Shown: piece by piece, positions 16,608-28,100 of the stretch | How positions within the stretch are numbered: the first letter of the stretch is position 1 | Layout of the letters: every line of letters begins with the position of its first letter | Assembly (NCBI GenBank): GCA_029907355.1 | Contig: JARYLZ010000005.1 | Coordinates: 5,466 to 69,465, forward strand | Direction of reading: 5' to 3' | DNA length: 64,000 nucleotides | Source: Bacteroidota bacterium | Lineage (GTDB): Bacteria > Bacteroidota > Ignavibacteria > SZUA-365 | Program-made: the position numbers and the translations under genes | The notes under the pieces: generated by a model | The model's input: only the letters and a program-made list of their open reading frames with translations | Told to the model about the DNA's origin: nothing | Databases searched by the model: none

Positions 16608-19600
16608 TCAGGGATTCGGATCGCTTGCCGCCGTATTGTCCGCCTCGACCGTCTCGATTCGATCGGCCACGATGGTTACCACCCCATACTCTTCCGCGAC
16701 CCGCCCATGAATGCGATATGGGCCTGCCGTCTGGAGAAGATGGCCGTACTTCCGGTAACATGCCGGAAACACAACGACGTCTATTCTCCCGAACGAGTCG
16801 TCGAGGTTGAGAAACATCATCCTTTCTCCCTTCCTGGTCCTTGCGGGTTTCGCCGCAATCAGCCATCCCCCCACGACGACGCGTCGACCGACTCGATTCG
16901 GTAGATCGGGGGCATGGACGGTACCCGTAAGAGCCTGGGAGAACTGCCGTAAAATATGGTCGGAAACGGTGAATGAGAACGTCTCGAGTTCCACGTGAGC
17001 GATTTCCTGCGGCGAATACGGCGGCAAGTGCGCGAGTTCACCGGAAAAATCGGGGAACGGAAGAGGAAGTTCCGCCCCGGATCTGTGCCGTTTCCCTGCC
17101 AACATGAGTTTCGCCTGGACATACATGGCACTCCGTTCGAGACCGAAGCGGTCGCATGCGCCGCAGCGAATGAGAATGGCCGCGTCCTCGAAATGCACAC
17201 CGCTCCGCTCAAGGAAATCCCCGATGGACGTGAAAGGACCCCCTCGTTCCCGTGCGCCGATCAACGATTTTACTCCTGCAATCGTCAGGTTCTTGATGTG
17301 GAGGAAACCAAGCTGGATCGTCCGTTCATCGGGACACGAGTGGAGTTCCCCGCTGGTGTTCACGTCCGGCAGAAGGACTCGGATACCGAGCCTTTTGGCC
17401 TCCTGGACGTAGACGTCCGGACGATAGTAACCGCCCTGGTTGTTCAGAACCGAACAGAGGAAGAACGCCGGGTAATGCGCTTTGAGATACGCTTCCTGGA
17501 ATGAGAGGACGGCGTAGGATGCCGAATGCGCTTTGCAGAAGGAATAGCCTGCGAAAGACTCCATCTGCCTCCAGATTTCCGCCGTCACGGCGTCGTCTAT
17601 GCCGCGGCTGCGACAGCCCTCGAAGAAACGGATGCGCAATTGATGCATCGCCTCACGGGAACGCATCTTCCCGGACATCGCCCTCCGCAGGAGATCCGCT
17701 TCTCCGAGCGTGAGTTTCCCGACGATGTGCGCGACCTTGATGACATCCTCCTGGTAGACCATCACGCCGTACGTGGCGTGGAGGATTTCCCCCATAAGCG
17801 GGTGAAGGTGTCGCACGGTTTGCGGGTTGTGGAACCGCTCGATGAACGCTTGCATCATGCCCGACTGCGCGACGCCGGGCCGGATGATGGAACTGGCAGC
17901 CGTAAGCATCTCGAACGTGTCCGCGCGTAGTTTCTTGAGCAGCTGGACCATCGCGGGAGACTCGATATAAAAACACCCGATGGTCTGCCCCTCCCGAACG
18001 ATCTCCCGCGTCCGCTCGTCCGCGCAGGCGATGCGGACATCGTCGATGGGAGGCCGCGCGCCGGTTCGCTCCTCGACCATGCGCAGAGTATCCTGAAAAG
18101 TTCCCAAACCGCGCGTGGAGAGAATATCGATTTTCTCGAGGCGCCAATCCTCCATCGAGAACATATCCTGCTGGGTGATGCGCACGCCTTTCGGGGCCGT
18201 TTGCGTCGCTGTGTACCATGTCATCTCCTTCGGTGCGAGGATCACGCCGCCCGCATGCACGCCGTAATGGTTCGGGAAATCGAGCAGACGCGTCGCGATG
18301 GTGAACCATTGTTTTCCGTACGGTGTCGCGAGCAGTTTCTCCGCCTGCCTACGGAATGGACTGTCGGGGTCCTGCATATCCCGGATAGATCCGTAACCCG
18401 GCAAGAGAGCGGTACATTGTCGGATCTCGGCCTCGCTGAACCCCAGCGCTTTTCCCGTCTCCCGAAGCGCGCCGCGCGCATTGAACGTCACGATGGTCCC
18501 GATCATCGCCGTGCGCGATCGTCCATATTTTCCGAGCACATAGTCGATGACCTCGTCCCGATCGCGCCAAGAAAAATCGATGTCGAAATCGGGAGGTGAC
18601 CTCCGCTCGGGGTTGAGGAAACGCTCGAAGTAGAGGTCGAGTTCGATGGGGTCGACGTTCGTAATGCGGAGGCAGTAGGCCACGATACTGTTTGCGCCGG
18701 AGCCGCGCCCGATGTAAGGGAAATTGCGGCGGTGGGCATACCGGACGATGTCCCACGCCACGAGGAAATAATCCACAAACCCTAAGCGCGCGATGATATC
18801 CAGTTCTTTCCGCAGCCTTTCGTGGTGCACAGGCGTCGGCCGGGGATATCGCTCGGCGAAACCATCCTCGGCGAGTCTGCGCAGGAAGGCGGATTTTTCC
18901 ATCCCCCCACAGTCATCGAACGTGGTGAATTTGCTGGTCGTGAAATCGAATGCGACCTCACAGGATTCGGCGATCTCCCCCCGCGCATGCAATGCTTCCG
19001 GAACGGCGGAGAACCATCGGGCAAAATCCTCCTCGCTGCAGAAATACCGTGCCGGGTGTGCCGACTCGTCCTCTTCCAGGGTCCCGATGGTTTTATTCGT
19101 CCCAATGGCACGGAGCACCCGATGCAGGCGAATACCGTCCGGTTCGCCGAAACACACGGCATTCGTGGCGACCACCGGCAACTCGAGTCGCGCAGCGAGC
19201 GCGAGGAGCTTCGGCCACCGATGCTCGCCGGCTTTCGTCAGTTCCACGTAGAGTGCCTTATCCGTGTCCGACTCTCTCAATGCGGAGATCACCGAAGCAT
19301 CGCCGCTCAGAAGGAAGATATCGCGGCCGAGCCAGGGCGAGATGGTATCGACGAGGAAGCGCACATCGGGCGATGGCGTCCCGCGCTTCGAGCGGCTCGT
19401 TCGCACCTCGATTCCACGATCCGCCCCGAGGCCTTCGTCTTGATCGCTCTCCGACGATTGTATCCGCGCCGGAGGGTATCGCTCGGCGAGGCGGGTCACC
19501 GCTTCACAGACGGCGCGATAGCCGGATACATTCCGCGCAAGGATGACGGCGGAGGATGTCCCCGCGCGCAGTTCCGCTCCGATGATCGGCACGATGCCGG

Positions 19601-19760
19601 CTTCCCGACACCGGATGACGAATTCCGTCACCCCCGAGACATTGTTCGTGTCGGTCAGGGCGACGGCCCGATAACCTCTTCTCACCGCGTGTTCGACGAT
19701 GCGGTCGACGGAGAGCGTACCGGAAAGAAAACTGTAATAGCTGTGGACGTGGAGGTGCAC
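16608..19760 (-). CDS. dnaE: DNA polymerase III alpha-subunit family protein. It is short (1,050 aa) and ends at the OB fold, which is DnaE2/ImuC-like architecture.
   Basis: The PHP N-terminus is HLHVHSYYSFLSGTLSVDRIVEHAVRRGYRAVALTDTNN. A Pol III alpha core follows (GRGSGANSIVAYCLRITNVDP, FERFLNPER..PPDFDIDF). The protein ends right after an OB-fold-like segment (RRVVVGGWLIAAKP...MMFLNLDDSFGRIDVVVF...). It uses a GTG start at 19760, preceded by GAGGAGGGG. Confidence 0.85.
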   Translation of the reverse strand: MHLHVHSYYSFLSGTLSVDRIVEHAVRRGYRAVALTDTNNVSGVTEFVIRCREAGIVPIIGAELRAGTSSAVILARNVSGYRAVCEAVTRLAERYPPARIQSSESDQDEGLGADRGIEVRTSRSKRGTPSPDVRFLVDTISPWLGRDIFLLSGDASVISALRESDTDKALYVELTKAGEHRWPKLLALAARLELPVVATNAVCFGEPDGIRLHRVLRAIGTNKTIGTLEEDESAHPARYFCSEEDFARWFSAVPEALHARGEIAESCEVAFDFTTSKFTTFDDCGGMEKSAFLRRLAEDGFAERYPRPTPVHHERLRKELDIIARLGFVDYFLVAWDIVRYAHRRNFPYIGRGSGANSIVAYCLRITNVDPIELDLYFERFLNPERRSPPDFDIDFSWRDRDEVIDYVLGKYGRSRTAMIGTIVTFNARGALRETGKALGFSEAEIRQCTALLPGYGSIRDMQDPDSPFRRQAEKLLATPYGKQWFTIATRLLDFPNHYGVHAGGVILAPKEMTWYTATQTAPKGVRITQQDMFSMEDWRLEKIDILSTRGLGTFQDTLRMVEERTGARPPIDDVRIACADERTREIVREGQTIGCFYIESPAMVQLLKKLRADTFEMLTAASSIIRPGVAQSGMMQAFIERFHNPQTVRHLHPLMGEILHATYGVMVYQEDVIKVAHIVGKLTLGEADLLRRAMSGKMRSREAMHQLRIRFFEGCRSRGIDDAVTAEIWRQMESFAGYSFCKAHSASYAVLSFQEAYLKAHYPAFFLCSVLNNQGGYYRPDVYVQEAKRLGIRVLLPDVNTSGELHSCPDERTIQLGFLHIKNLTIAGVKSLIGARERGGPFTSIGDFLERSGVHFEDAAILIRCGACDRFGLERSAMYVQAKLMLAGKRHRSGAELPLPFPDFSGELAHLPPYSPQEIAHVELETFSFTVSDHILRQFSQALTGTVHAPDLPNRVGRRVVVGGWLIAAKPARTRKGERMMFLNLDDSFGRIDVVVFPACYRKYGHLLQTAGPYRIHGRVAEEYGVVTIVADRIETVEADNTAASDPNP

Positions 19761-19781
19761 CGCCCCTCCTCTGCGTACGCG

Positions 19782-22700
19782 TCAGCGCAGGACAGCAACA
19801 CGCCCGATGTATTCCCGCATCGCCCCTGCCGATCGGGCGACGATCTTGTAGAAATACACCCCGTTCGCCAATCGGTCGCCCTCGGCGTCCTTCCCATCCC
19901 ATGGGACGGCGTTCGGTCCGATGCGGATGTCGTCGAGGCGGAAATCGTTCGGCGCAGAGAGCGTTCGGACAAGGCGCCCGGCGACCGTATAAATCTTGAT
20001 TTCGAGGCTCTCGTAAGCGCTGGTCCCCGTGAGAACGAACGTAAAGACCGTCCGATCCCGGAACGGTGTCGGGTATGCGTAAACGTCACGGATGCCGGTC
20101 TCCGACACGACTTTGACGCGCATTTCCATGTCCGGCGTACAGGCGACGTTCCCATTTGCATCGACCGCGTTGAAGGTGAAGATGTGTTCGCCGTCGCTCA
20201 ATGTCGGCGTGAGCACGAGCAAAGCATCGGTCGTAGAGCCTGCAGGAGTAAAGGCGACGAATGGTTCTGTGCAGGAAACGCGCTCGCCGTCGATGGTGAC
20301 GGAGAATGCATCGCACGAGGTGACACGTTTGGGGCTCGCATCCCGCAGGGTACACGTAATACGCGGGTTCGGCGGAACGATATCGCCGTTCATGGGGGTG
20401 AGCCCGTTGAAGAGAACCTGGAGGGAAGGCCGTGACGTGTCCGTTCGCACGAAGAACCGTGTTTCAGCGACGTTGTTGTCTTCGAATTGCTCGCGCACGA
20501 CGTCGTCTCCGTCTACCGTGACGATCAGCCGGTGGTAGCGGAGAAGTTGGTCCGTGAGAATACTCACCGTCGTGTCGTGGCGGCTGCCCGGTGCAAGCGC
20601 TCGAACGGCGTACTGTGCGACATTCCTCCGGATGTTGTCCTCGCCCACAATGTCGACGCGGACGGGGAAGTCTCGGGGGATCGAGGCGCCCGCGTTCAGA
20701 ACACTCACGAGCACTCGTGCCGGTTCGCCCTGCTCGACGGTATCGGCATGGACGGCAACGGATTGGTAATTCATGGCGAGTTCCGGGTCCATGGCATAAT
20801 CCACCGCCCATGAACGGATCGCGGGCTGACGCGTACCGAAACCCGGCGCGAGCGCCGCGCGAAGTTTCAGGAACGGGAATCGCGCCGCATCGATCCAAGA
20901 CAGGTCGAGCGTATCGGGATTTGCTTCCGTCACGAGTCCTGTTTCTGTTCCCGCCGTGTCGACCCCGAAGACGCTCACCGAGATGGTCGTGGTATCACGG
21001 GCTGTTCTCTCCAGCCTGACCGATCGCCATGCAGCGGCCGGCCCGATCAACGGTGACCACACGAACCCCGTATCGGGACGGATCGAAAAGGAGGTGTCGA
21101 CAACAACGCGCCCTGTTCTTTGCGGACGGAACGCTTCCGGCACGGTTCCCGTCGCGGCCCCTCTATGCCCGATCAAAGCCCAGTTGCCTCCCTGACCTCG
21201 TTGCGCGACCGTATCCACGAATCTGCTCCCGAGGGCACGAAGCGCATCGCCGAACACACCGATCCCCCGCGAGGGCTCGTGCGCCGCAGCGATCACCGCG
21301 ATCTCTCCGGTCTCGATGGAATCGAGAAACCCCCGGAACGCTTCCCGTTCCGATGCCCAGTCGTACGTGAAGAACAAGCGCTGCCGTTTTTCCTCCAAGG
21401 TCAGGCTATCGAAAACCACGACTGCGTAGCCGATGAAATACGTCGTGGCGAGAACGTTGAAGCCGTCCACTTCCACGGTCGCGAAACTCCCGTCCGCCCA
21501 GCCTGCCGATGTGACACGGATCTCGCGGCTCGGCGGGAGAACCGTCACACCCACGGAGAGGTCGTATCGCGCTTTAACCATTCGGCTATGGGAGAAATCC
21601 GCCGAATCCCTCTGCACGAAGGGGGCGGCGCGAAGGGAAGGCCAGTAGGAAAACGGGCCGGCGAAGCGTCGATCGGCGGCATCGAGCGCCGCGCGCCAGT
21701 ACACCTTGCTCGTCCCCTGCCCGCCGAGCGAGCCGCCGAGAACGGTTTGCGTTTTCCCGTACAGCACGCGACGGGTGGTCGGAGCGGGGAAATCCGGCGA
21801 TGCATCGAAATCGAATACGACTTCCGACACCGGTCCCGGGTCGGTAAGAGGGTTGAGCACGGCGATGCGGTCGAGAGAGCCGGTGCTCACGCCGAGCGGT
21901 GTATTCGTCGCTTTCAGATGGGTACTGTACACGAAATACTCGAACTCGGCCGTGTTATCGTCCTCCCGGAGTTCATCGATCCTGCCTCCCGCATCCAAAG
22001 TGAGTCGCAGTTTCCGCGCCCCCACCGCATGCATGCGAGGGAGCGTCACATCCAAGGAATCGAGGAGCCCCGGCGCTTTCACGAGGAATTCCATGCGGGA
22101 GAGGACGTTCCCTTGCTGGATATCCTCCACAGCGATGATGATCGAGTCGTCGACCGCTATGCCGTAATTCCAGTACACGATGTGGAACGAGAGCGAATCC
22201 ATGGCATCGGTGAAGAGATCCGTCGCAGTGCGCATCCACTCGGGTTTCATGATGAAATTCGGTTTCGAGGGGAAATCGATGCGAATGACGGGGTCCCCGA
22301 TCAAGGAGTTGGAACGCATGGCGATGCGGTTGATGGGCGCTGAACCGAATTTATCGAGGATAGCCTTTTTCGCCTTGTTGTGTGCTTCCCCGATAGACGG
22401 AATCGCATCGACGATGAGCGCTCGATAGAACTCCTCCGGAAGCAGGATCGTGGTGCTTTCGAAACCCAGCGAAGAATTGCCCACGTATGCGATCGCCTGC
22501 CCGTCGGACCGCACGACGAATTTTTCCGAAAAGGACACGATATCCGGCTCGGAGAATTTCCCGGAGGAACAACCGAAATCCGTAATGAGTGAAAGGCGAT
22601 CCCTGCCGTTCGCGATCTGCGCGGGGTCCGAAATGCCGTTGTCCCAGGTATCGGTCCCGCTGTGGCCGATGTAGGAGATCAGCACCGCTCCCTCGGCAAT

Positions 22701-25094
22701 GGTACGGACGAACATCTCCGGTGTGACCGGCCCGAAATTGGTCGGCGGGTCGATGGTTTTGTAGAAATGCGCAGCACGCCCGCTCAGCGGCGGTGGCAGG
22801 ACGACATTCCTGATGACGCGGTTGTTGGCGTCCCGGAGAATGGTCAGCCTCCCCTCCCCCTTCGACGGGTCCCCGCCGCTGAAATGAATCGTGCTCTTGT
22901 TGAACAAGTCGGGTTTCATCCGCAGGTACGCTTCGTGCTTGTCGCGGTACGTGCGGATCTCGTCAGCTGTGGCGACGGGCAGTCTCCCGATCGCGGCGAC
23001 GGGGTCCACGGCGAGGGAATCGAAACACACGAACCACGTGTCGCTGGAGGGAATACCGAAGGAGGGGACGAAATTCCGCGAATACGGTTTGTTCATATCC
23101 TGGTAGTTGCTGTTCGCATCGCCAACGAGGAATACGAATCGGGGGGGCTCCGCTGTTTCCCTCCTGAAGATGTCGAAGAGGAAAAGCTTGATCGCCTCCG
23201 GGTTGAAAATTCCGTAGGAGTAATTGTCGTAAATATCCTCGACGGTGACGACGCGGGTTTTCAGACCATACGACGATGCGATGAAACGCGCGTACTCGTC
23301 AGCTGCCGACTCGAGATCCTTCGCTGTGATGATGAGATACTGCGCGTCCGCCCCCGTGCGCAGATCGGCTACACGTCTCGTCGTGCCAGGTTTCGGGCTG
23401 GAGAGTCCTGCCACGGTGGAAATCGCGTACCGTGAACCTTCCACCAGGGTATCATGGAAAAAAGCCATTCGCCGGCCGGCGTCGAAAAAGACATTGCGCA
23501 GGAAAGCGGTTTCATCACCCCTCTGCCGGAGGATGACGACGTCCGTGTCGGTCACGCCGCGAACCGCGACGACACGCGGCCCTGTCCCCGACCGCCTGTC
23601 GACGACGAACTCCGCGTACCCGTCCTCGAGCGTGATATACGAGGGGTATTCCACTTCGAACCAATCGATGACGATCTCGCTCCTCGACGTTCCCCCGTAG
23701 ATGTTCTTGTTCCATACCTTCACCGTGTCGTCTTTCCCCCGGAGAAGCGCGGCAGGAACATCCGTCTCGAGGATCGCCTGTTTGTTGATATCGTACTCGA
23801 CCGAATCGAGCCATTCGCCGTCGTTCATCGTCGTGAGGACGCGGAAGTTGGGGCTGGCGGGCACATCGGTGTACCACGAGAGGACTTTCACCCACAAGCG
23901 GCCGCTGAGTCCCTCCTTGAGGCTGGAAAGACGGACACCGTATTTGCCCACGGCGTTCGTCTTGAAGAAATCCCCGTGCCAGGTTTCCTCCGACAGCCAG
24001 TCGGAATTTTGGATGCGGTCCTGGAAAATGTTCAACGTGTGATGGTAGATATTGTACTCGACATGTTCGGTGCGGTATGCCCAGTCGAGTGTGTCCGGCG
24101 GCGATACCGGCATGGTTCCGGCGGGATTCGTCCGCGTCCCCCCTCGGGAACCGACGGTAAGCCAGTACGCGGCGGAATCGGAATAGATGTTGAGGAACTC
24201 GTGGTAGGGTTCGTCGAGCGAGTCCGGTGAGGGGACATGCCGGTGAACGCCCCCATTATAATTCCGTTCCCCCCGGAAGATGATCATGTCGCCGTCATCG
24301 AAGGAACCGTCGTCTAGGCCGATCGCATAAATCGGAATTTCGACGCCTTTTCTCCAGAGTCGAATCGTGGCGGGATCGACACCCGTCGTCGGGAAACCCG
24401 ACGCTTCGAACCAATCCTTCGTGAGAGCGTAGAGCCTGTCTGTTCGAATAAAAAAGCGGACGGCGGGATCACCCGTCTCGAGCCAGGTACCCGCCGTATC
24501 CAAATGGCGGCTTCCCCGCCGGACGAAGGGCTGTCCGATATAGGGACCGGATACGAGAGGGCGGGGCGGCGCAAACGCGGCATTCCTCTCTTCGACGAGA
24601 TCGAGTCGTTCTACCCAACGGACTTTGCGTTCCTTTGCATCGAACACGACGAGCGGTATCTCGACACGAACGACGTTTCCTCTCTTTCCCCTGCTTACCT
24701 TCTGGGAGAGAACAACCGGTTCACGGAAATCCGGCTCTTCGGGCGCGGGGCGGACCGATTCGACCATGGTCGAATCGGGCAGGAGAACAGCCCGGACCGA
24801 GTAGTACGGCGACGCGGAGAATTCCTCGCCGAGTACATAGGACGAAATGCGAAAGGAGGGGCAGTTCCCATCGGGGCACGGGACCTCGATGAAGCGTGCC
24901 GGGACGCGCGTACCCTCGTCGGCGGATGGAGCGACGCCTTCGATAACGAAAAGATCCACCCCCTCGATGCGTTCGACATGGAAGGTATAGCCATCGTTCA
25001 CCACCGTGACCTTTCTATCCTGCGCGTTGCCCCGCATCGAGAGAACGAGAAACCCCGTGCAGAGGAGGAGAAGATTGCGTCCTGACGCTGTCAT
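19782..25094 (-). CDS. Giant secreted C25 (gingipain/PorU-like, clan CD) peptidase-family protein A, with CARDB-like modules and a FlgD-Ig/T9SS-type C-terminal domain
   Basis: The signal peptide is MTASGRNLLLLCTGFLVLSMRGNAQ (ATG 25094, preceded by AAGGAG). The ORF-track start at 25145 gives an ATGA overlap instead. A PorU-like N-terminal region reads ...VRFFIRTDRLYALTKDWFEASG.... The C25 core includes ISYIGHSGTDTW and DFGCSSGKF. CARDB-like blocks include ...DELREDDNTAEF. The C-terminal end reads YPTPFRD...WDGKDAEGDRLANGVYFYKIV. Confidence 0.85.
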   Translation of the reverse strand: MTASGRNLLLLCTGFLVLSMRGNAQDRKVTVVNDGYTFHVERIEGVDLFVIEGVAPSADEGTRVPARFIEVPCPDGNCPSFRISSYVLGEEFSASPYYSVRAVLLPDSTMVESVRPAPEEPDFREPVVLSQKVSRGKRGNVVRVEIPLVVFDAKERKVRWVERLDLVEERNAAFAPPRPLVSGPYIGQPFVRRGSRHLDTAGTWLETGDPAVRFFIRTDRLYALTKDWFEASGFPTTGVDPATIRLWRKGVEIPIYAIGLDDGSFDDGDMIIFRGERNYNGGVHRHVPSPDSLDEPYHEFLNIYSDSAAYWLTVGSRGGTRTNPAGTMPVSPPDTLDWAYRTEHVEYNIYHHTLNIFQDRIQNSDWLSEETWHGDFFKTNAVGKYGVRLSSLKEGLSGRLWVKVLSWYTDVPASPNFRVLTTMNDGEWLDSVEYDINKQAILETDVPAALLRGKDDTVKVWNKNIYGGTSRSEIVIDWFEVEYPSYITLEDGYAEFVVDRRSGTGPRVVAVRGVTDTDVVILRQRGDETAFLRNVFFDAGRRMAFFHDTLVEGSRYAISTVAGLSSPKPGTTRRVADLRTGADAQYLIITAKDLESAADEYARFIASSYGLKTRVVTVEDIYDNYSYGIFNPEAIKLFLFDIFRRETAEPPRFVFLVGDANSNYQDMNKPYSRNFVPSFGIPSSDTWFVCFDSLAVDPVAAIGRLPVATADEIRTYRDKHEAYLRMKPDLFNKSTIHFSGGDPSKGEGRLTILRDANNRVIRNVVLPPPLSGRAAHFYKTIDPPTNFGPVTPEMFVRTIAEGAVLISYIGHSGTDTWDNGISDPAQIANGRDRLSLITDFGCSSGKFSEPDIVSFSEKFVVRSDGQAIAYVGNSSLGFESTTILLPEEFYRALIVDAIPSIGEAHNKAKKAILDKFGSAPINRIAMRSNSLIGDPVIRIDFPSKPNFIMKPEWMRTATDLFTDAMDSLSFHIVYWNYGIAVDDSIIIAVEDIQQGNVLSRMEFLVKAPGLLDSLDVTLPRMHAVGARKLRLTLDAGGRIDELREDDNTAEFEYFVYSTHLKATNTPLGVSTGSLDRIAVLNPLTDPGPVSEVVFDFDASPDFPAPTTRRVLYGKTQTVLGGSLGGQGTSKVYWRAALDAADRRFAGPFSYWPSLRAAPFVQRDSADFSHSRMVKARYDLSVGVTVLPPSREIRVTSAGWADGSFATVEVDGFNVLATTYFIGYAVVVFDSLTLEEKRQRLFFTYDWASEREAFRGFLDSIETGEIAVIAAAHEPSRGIGVFGDALRALGSRFVDTVAQRGQGGNWALIGHRGAATGTVPEAFRPQRTGRVVVDTSFSIRPDTGFVWSPLIGPAAAWRSVRLERTARDTTTISVSVFGVDTAGTETGLVTEANPDTLDLSWIDAARFPFLKLRAALAPGFGTRQPAIRSWAVDYAMDPELAMNYQSVAVHADTVEQGEPARVLVSVLNAGASIPRDFPVRVDIVGEDNIRRNVAQYAVRALAPGSRHDTTVSILTDQLLRYHRLIVTVDGDDVVREQFEDNNVAETRFFVRTDTSRPSLQVLFNGLTPMNGDIVPPNPRITCTLRDASPKRVTSCDAFSVTIDGERVSCTEPFVAFTPAGSTTDALLVLTPTLSDGEHIFTFNAVDANGNVACTPDMEMRVKVVSETGIRDVYAYPTPFRDRTVFTFVLTGTSAYESLEIKIYTVAGRLVRTLSAPNDFRLDDIRIGPNAVPWDGKDAEGDRLANGVYFYKIVARSAGAMREYIGRVAVLR

Positions 25095-25141
25095 GGCGCT
25101 CCTTCGAAAATGCTGGAGAGATGGTTCCGGTTCGAACCCGT

Positions 25142-28100
25142 TCATTGGAGACGAACGAGCCGGCCGATCGTCTCCATCGTCCCATGGGCCGTTCGGAGCT
25201 GAAGTTTATAGAAATACACGCCGTTTGCAAGGGGGTCGCCTTCTTCGTCCCGCCCATCCCAACGGTAAGCGTTCATCCCGATGCGGAGTTGATCCGCAGG
25301 GATGAGGATAGTCCGAATCAACCGTCCGGCGGTGGTATAGAGTTTGATACGTGCTTCCTCCGGTGCGGACACGCCGGCAAACGTGAAGAGGAACACGGCA
25401 TCCGATGTATAAGGGTTCGGGTAGGTCGTCAGAGATACGATGCGGTCCGTCCGATCCACGAGCACCCGGACGCGCAGATCTTCCACCATGGATCTGTTTC
25501 CCGAAGCGTCGAGCGCATTGAAACGGAACACGTGCTCACCGCTCGGCAGGGAGGGGCGGTAGAGGAGTTCTGCGGGCCGTCCATCCCCCATCGGCACGAA
25601 AGGCAGGCCTGCCGTCGAAACAGCGGTATCGTCGAGGAAGATCAGGAACCGAGACGCTTCCGTAACCGGCAGGGGACTCATATCCCGGAGACGAAGGAGT
25701 ATCTCCGGATCGGGCCGAATGTAATCCCCATCCACCGGTGGTGGACCTCCGTCGAAATATACTTCCAGCACAGGCGGGACGGTGTCTCGCAGAACATGGA
25801 GGATCGAGACGAGCGTGTTGTTCGTCTCGTACTGTTCCCGAACTTGGTCATCGTCGTCGACTCGAACGTTCACACGGTACGTTCCCGCAAAGGACGCGGT
25901 CTGGAACGTGATCGTAGTGTCGTGCCATCCGTCTGTCGGGAGTCGACCGACCCGGTATAGAGCGATCGTCCGGCTCGTATTGTCCGGTGCCGTGGCATCA
26001 ACTCGCACGCGGAAAGGCGGAGCGGGCGTTTCGCCGGCATTGACGACGCCGATCGACACCGTCACCGCTTCGCCTTGCAATACGGTGTCCTTCGATAGCG
26101 AGACCGACTGGTAATTGAGGGCGAGTTCCGGTCGCTGGTCGTAAACGACGCCCCATCCCCGCAAAACGGGCTGGGTCGCGTTCCCTCTGGAGGGGACCAG
26201 GACAGTCTCGAGCCGTATCATGGGGTACTTCGCCGCATCGATGGAACCGATATCCACTTCGACGACATTCACCTTTTCGATGAGTTTTACGTTTTCACCG
26301 CTTTCGGTGACACCGTAGATACGAACATCGATTTCCGACTCACGAACGGGTGTGCGTCTGAGAAAAACACGCGACCAACGCGCGGCAGGCCCGATCTTCC
26401 CGGATATTATCCGGGCAGTATCGGGATCGACCGCATACAGGGTATCGAGCATCACCTTCCCCTGGAATTGAGGGCGAAATGCTTCGGGAACTGTCCCCCG
26501 TGCGGCTCCGCGCCTGCCGATGATGGCGAACGACCCACGGTACGCCGACTGGTACACGAGCAGGGAATCCGCATGGAGACTGCCGATTTCATGGAGAGCC
26601 GAAACCATGAGGGGATTATAGGCGAAGGGGTCGTCCATCGTCGAGATCGCGATGATTTTCCCGAAAGGCACACTGCGCACGAACTGCGCGAACTCCGCGC
26701 CGACGTCGGGGTTCATGTACGTGTCGAACCCGGCGACCGTATCCACCGTGATCCCGATGGAGTCGAGAACCGCCACGTAGTACCCTCTCCCGAACGTCGT
26801 CGGGAGAATGTTGACGCCGTCCAATTCCACAGTTCCGTAATTCCCGTCGTTGTAGCCCGAAGATATGACGCGTAATGTCCTGTACCCGGGAGCGATGGTC
26901 ACACCGTCGGGTAGCAAGAGCGTATTCTCCCGCTCGAGCCCGGCGAATTCGGTGGAATCCTGCTGAATGAATACCGCGTTCACGGAATCCGTTCTGAATG
27001 AGAGTGCGCCGATGAATTGGGCCCCTTCGCGGTCGAGACGCGCACGCCAGTAATACCGCTTGCCGGCCACGAGCGACGGGGGTGCGCTGATGGGGGTTTG
27101 CGTCTTTCCGTAAGGAACACGGAGCACGAAGGGCGAGGGGAAATCGGGCACCGTGTCGAATTCGACGAGAAGATGGGTCACCTCCCCCGGCGAAAGCATC
27201 GGGTGGAGAATGCGCACATCCGGCCAGCCGCCGGTGACACGACCCGGAGCCGCGTTGACGGTGAGGAGATGCGTCGAAAGAACGGAGAACGAGAGTTCGG
27301 CGACGTTGTTCTTTTCCGACCGCTCTACGATCCGCATCTCCGGGTCGAGCTCGATGCGGAGCGTGTGCGTGCCGGCCTCACCATCCAACGGTACGGAAAT
27401 TCTCAGCGTATCGAAGAGTTTCGGCAAGGGACGTCGCAACACCTGTACGATGCGCTCGTCGTTCCCCTTGATGTCGCGTGCGAGAATCGTCACCGAATCC
27501 TGTGTCGACGTGCCGAAATTCCCGATGGCGAGGCGGAATACCGCGCTGTCGGCCGTGGTCGTCAGGACATCGAACTCAGGTATGATCCACGAACTGCGGA
27601 CAACAGGATCGGGAAGCGTGGGCACCGGAAGTCGGGCGATGGGGTCACCCACCAGCGTATTGGACTGGATGGCCACCCGGTTGACGAGGGAAACACCGTA
27701 ACGACGTGTCAGTTCGAACTTGGCCTGCCGGTGCGCGTCGCCGATTGCCGTGTACCCGTTTTTCAGCAACGCTTCGTAATACAGGAGCCCGATGACGGAA
27801 GCCGTAGTCGTGAAACCGATCGCGGCGTTCCCCACGTAGCCGATCGCCTGTGTCCCCGGGGGGACGACGAATTGCTCCGCGAAGGACACGCCGTCGGGAT
27901 CGGCGAACTTGCTCGTCGAACACCCGAAGTCCGAGACGATGGGGGTCCGGTCCTTCGTGTTGAACAACTGGGAAGGATCGCCGATGGTGTTGTCCCATGT
28001 TCGGATGGCCGCGTGGCCGAAGTACGAGATGGCGATCCCCCCCTCGGCGATCCGGTCGTGTACCCAAGGGATGGGATACGGTCCGAAGTCCGTTGCGGGG

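Noticed and set aside
15802-16866. 354-aa minus-strand ORF crossing the MFS gene, tRNA-Pro and the dnaE 3' end
   Set aside because: It runs straight through a well-folded tRNA gene and is antisense to the MFS transporter gene. Its composition is implausible for a protein.
18822-20435. 537-aa plus-strand ORF spanning the dnaE/C25-A junction
   Set aside because: It is antisense to two confidently assigned genes, has a low-complexity Arg/Gly/Asp-rich translation and contains no recognisable motif.
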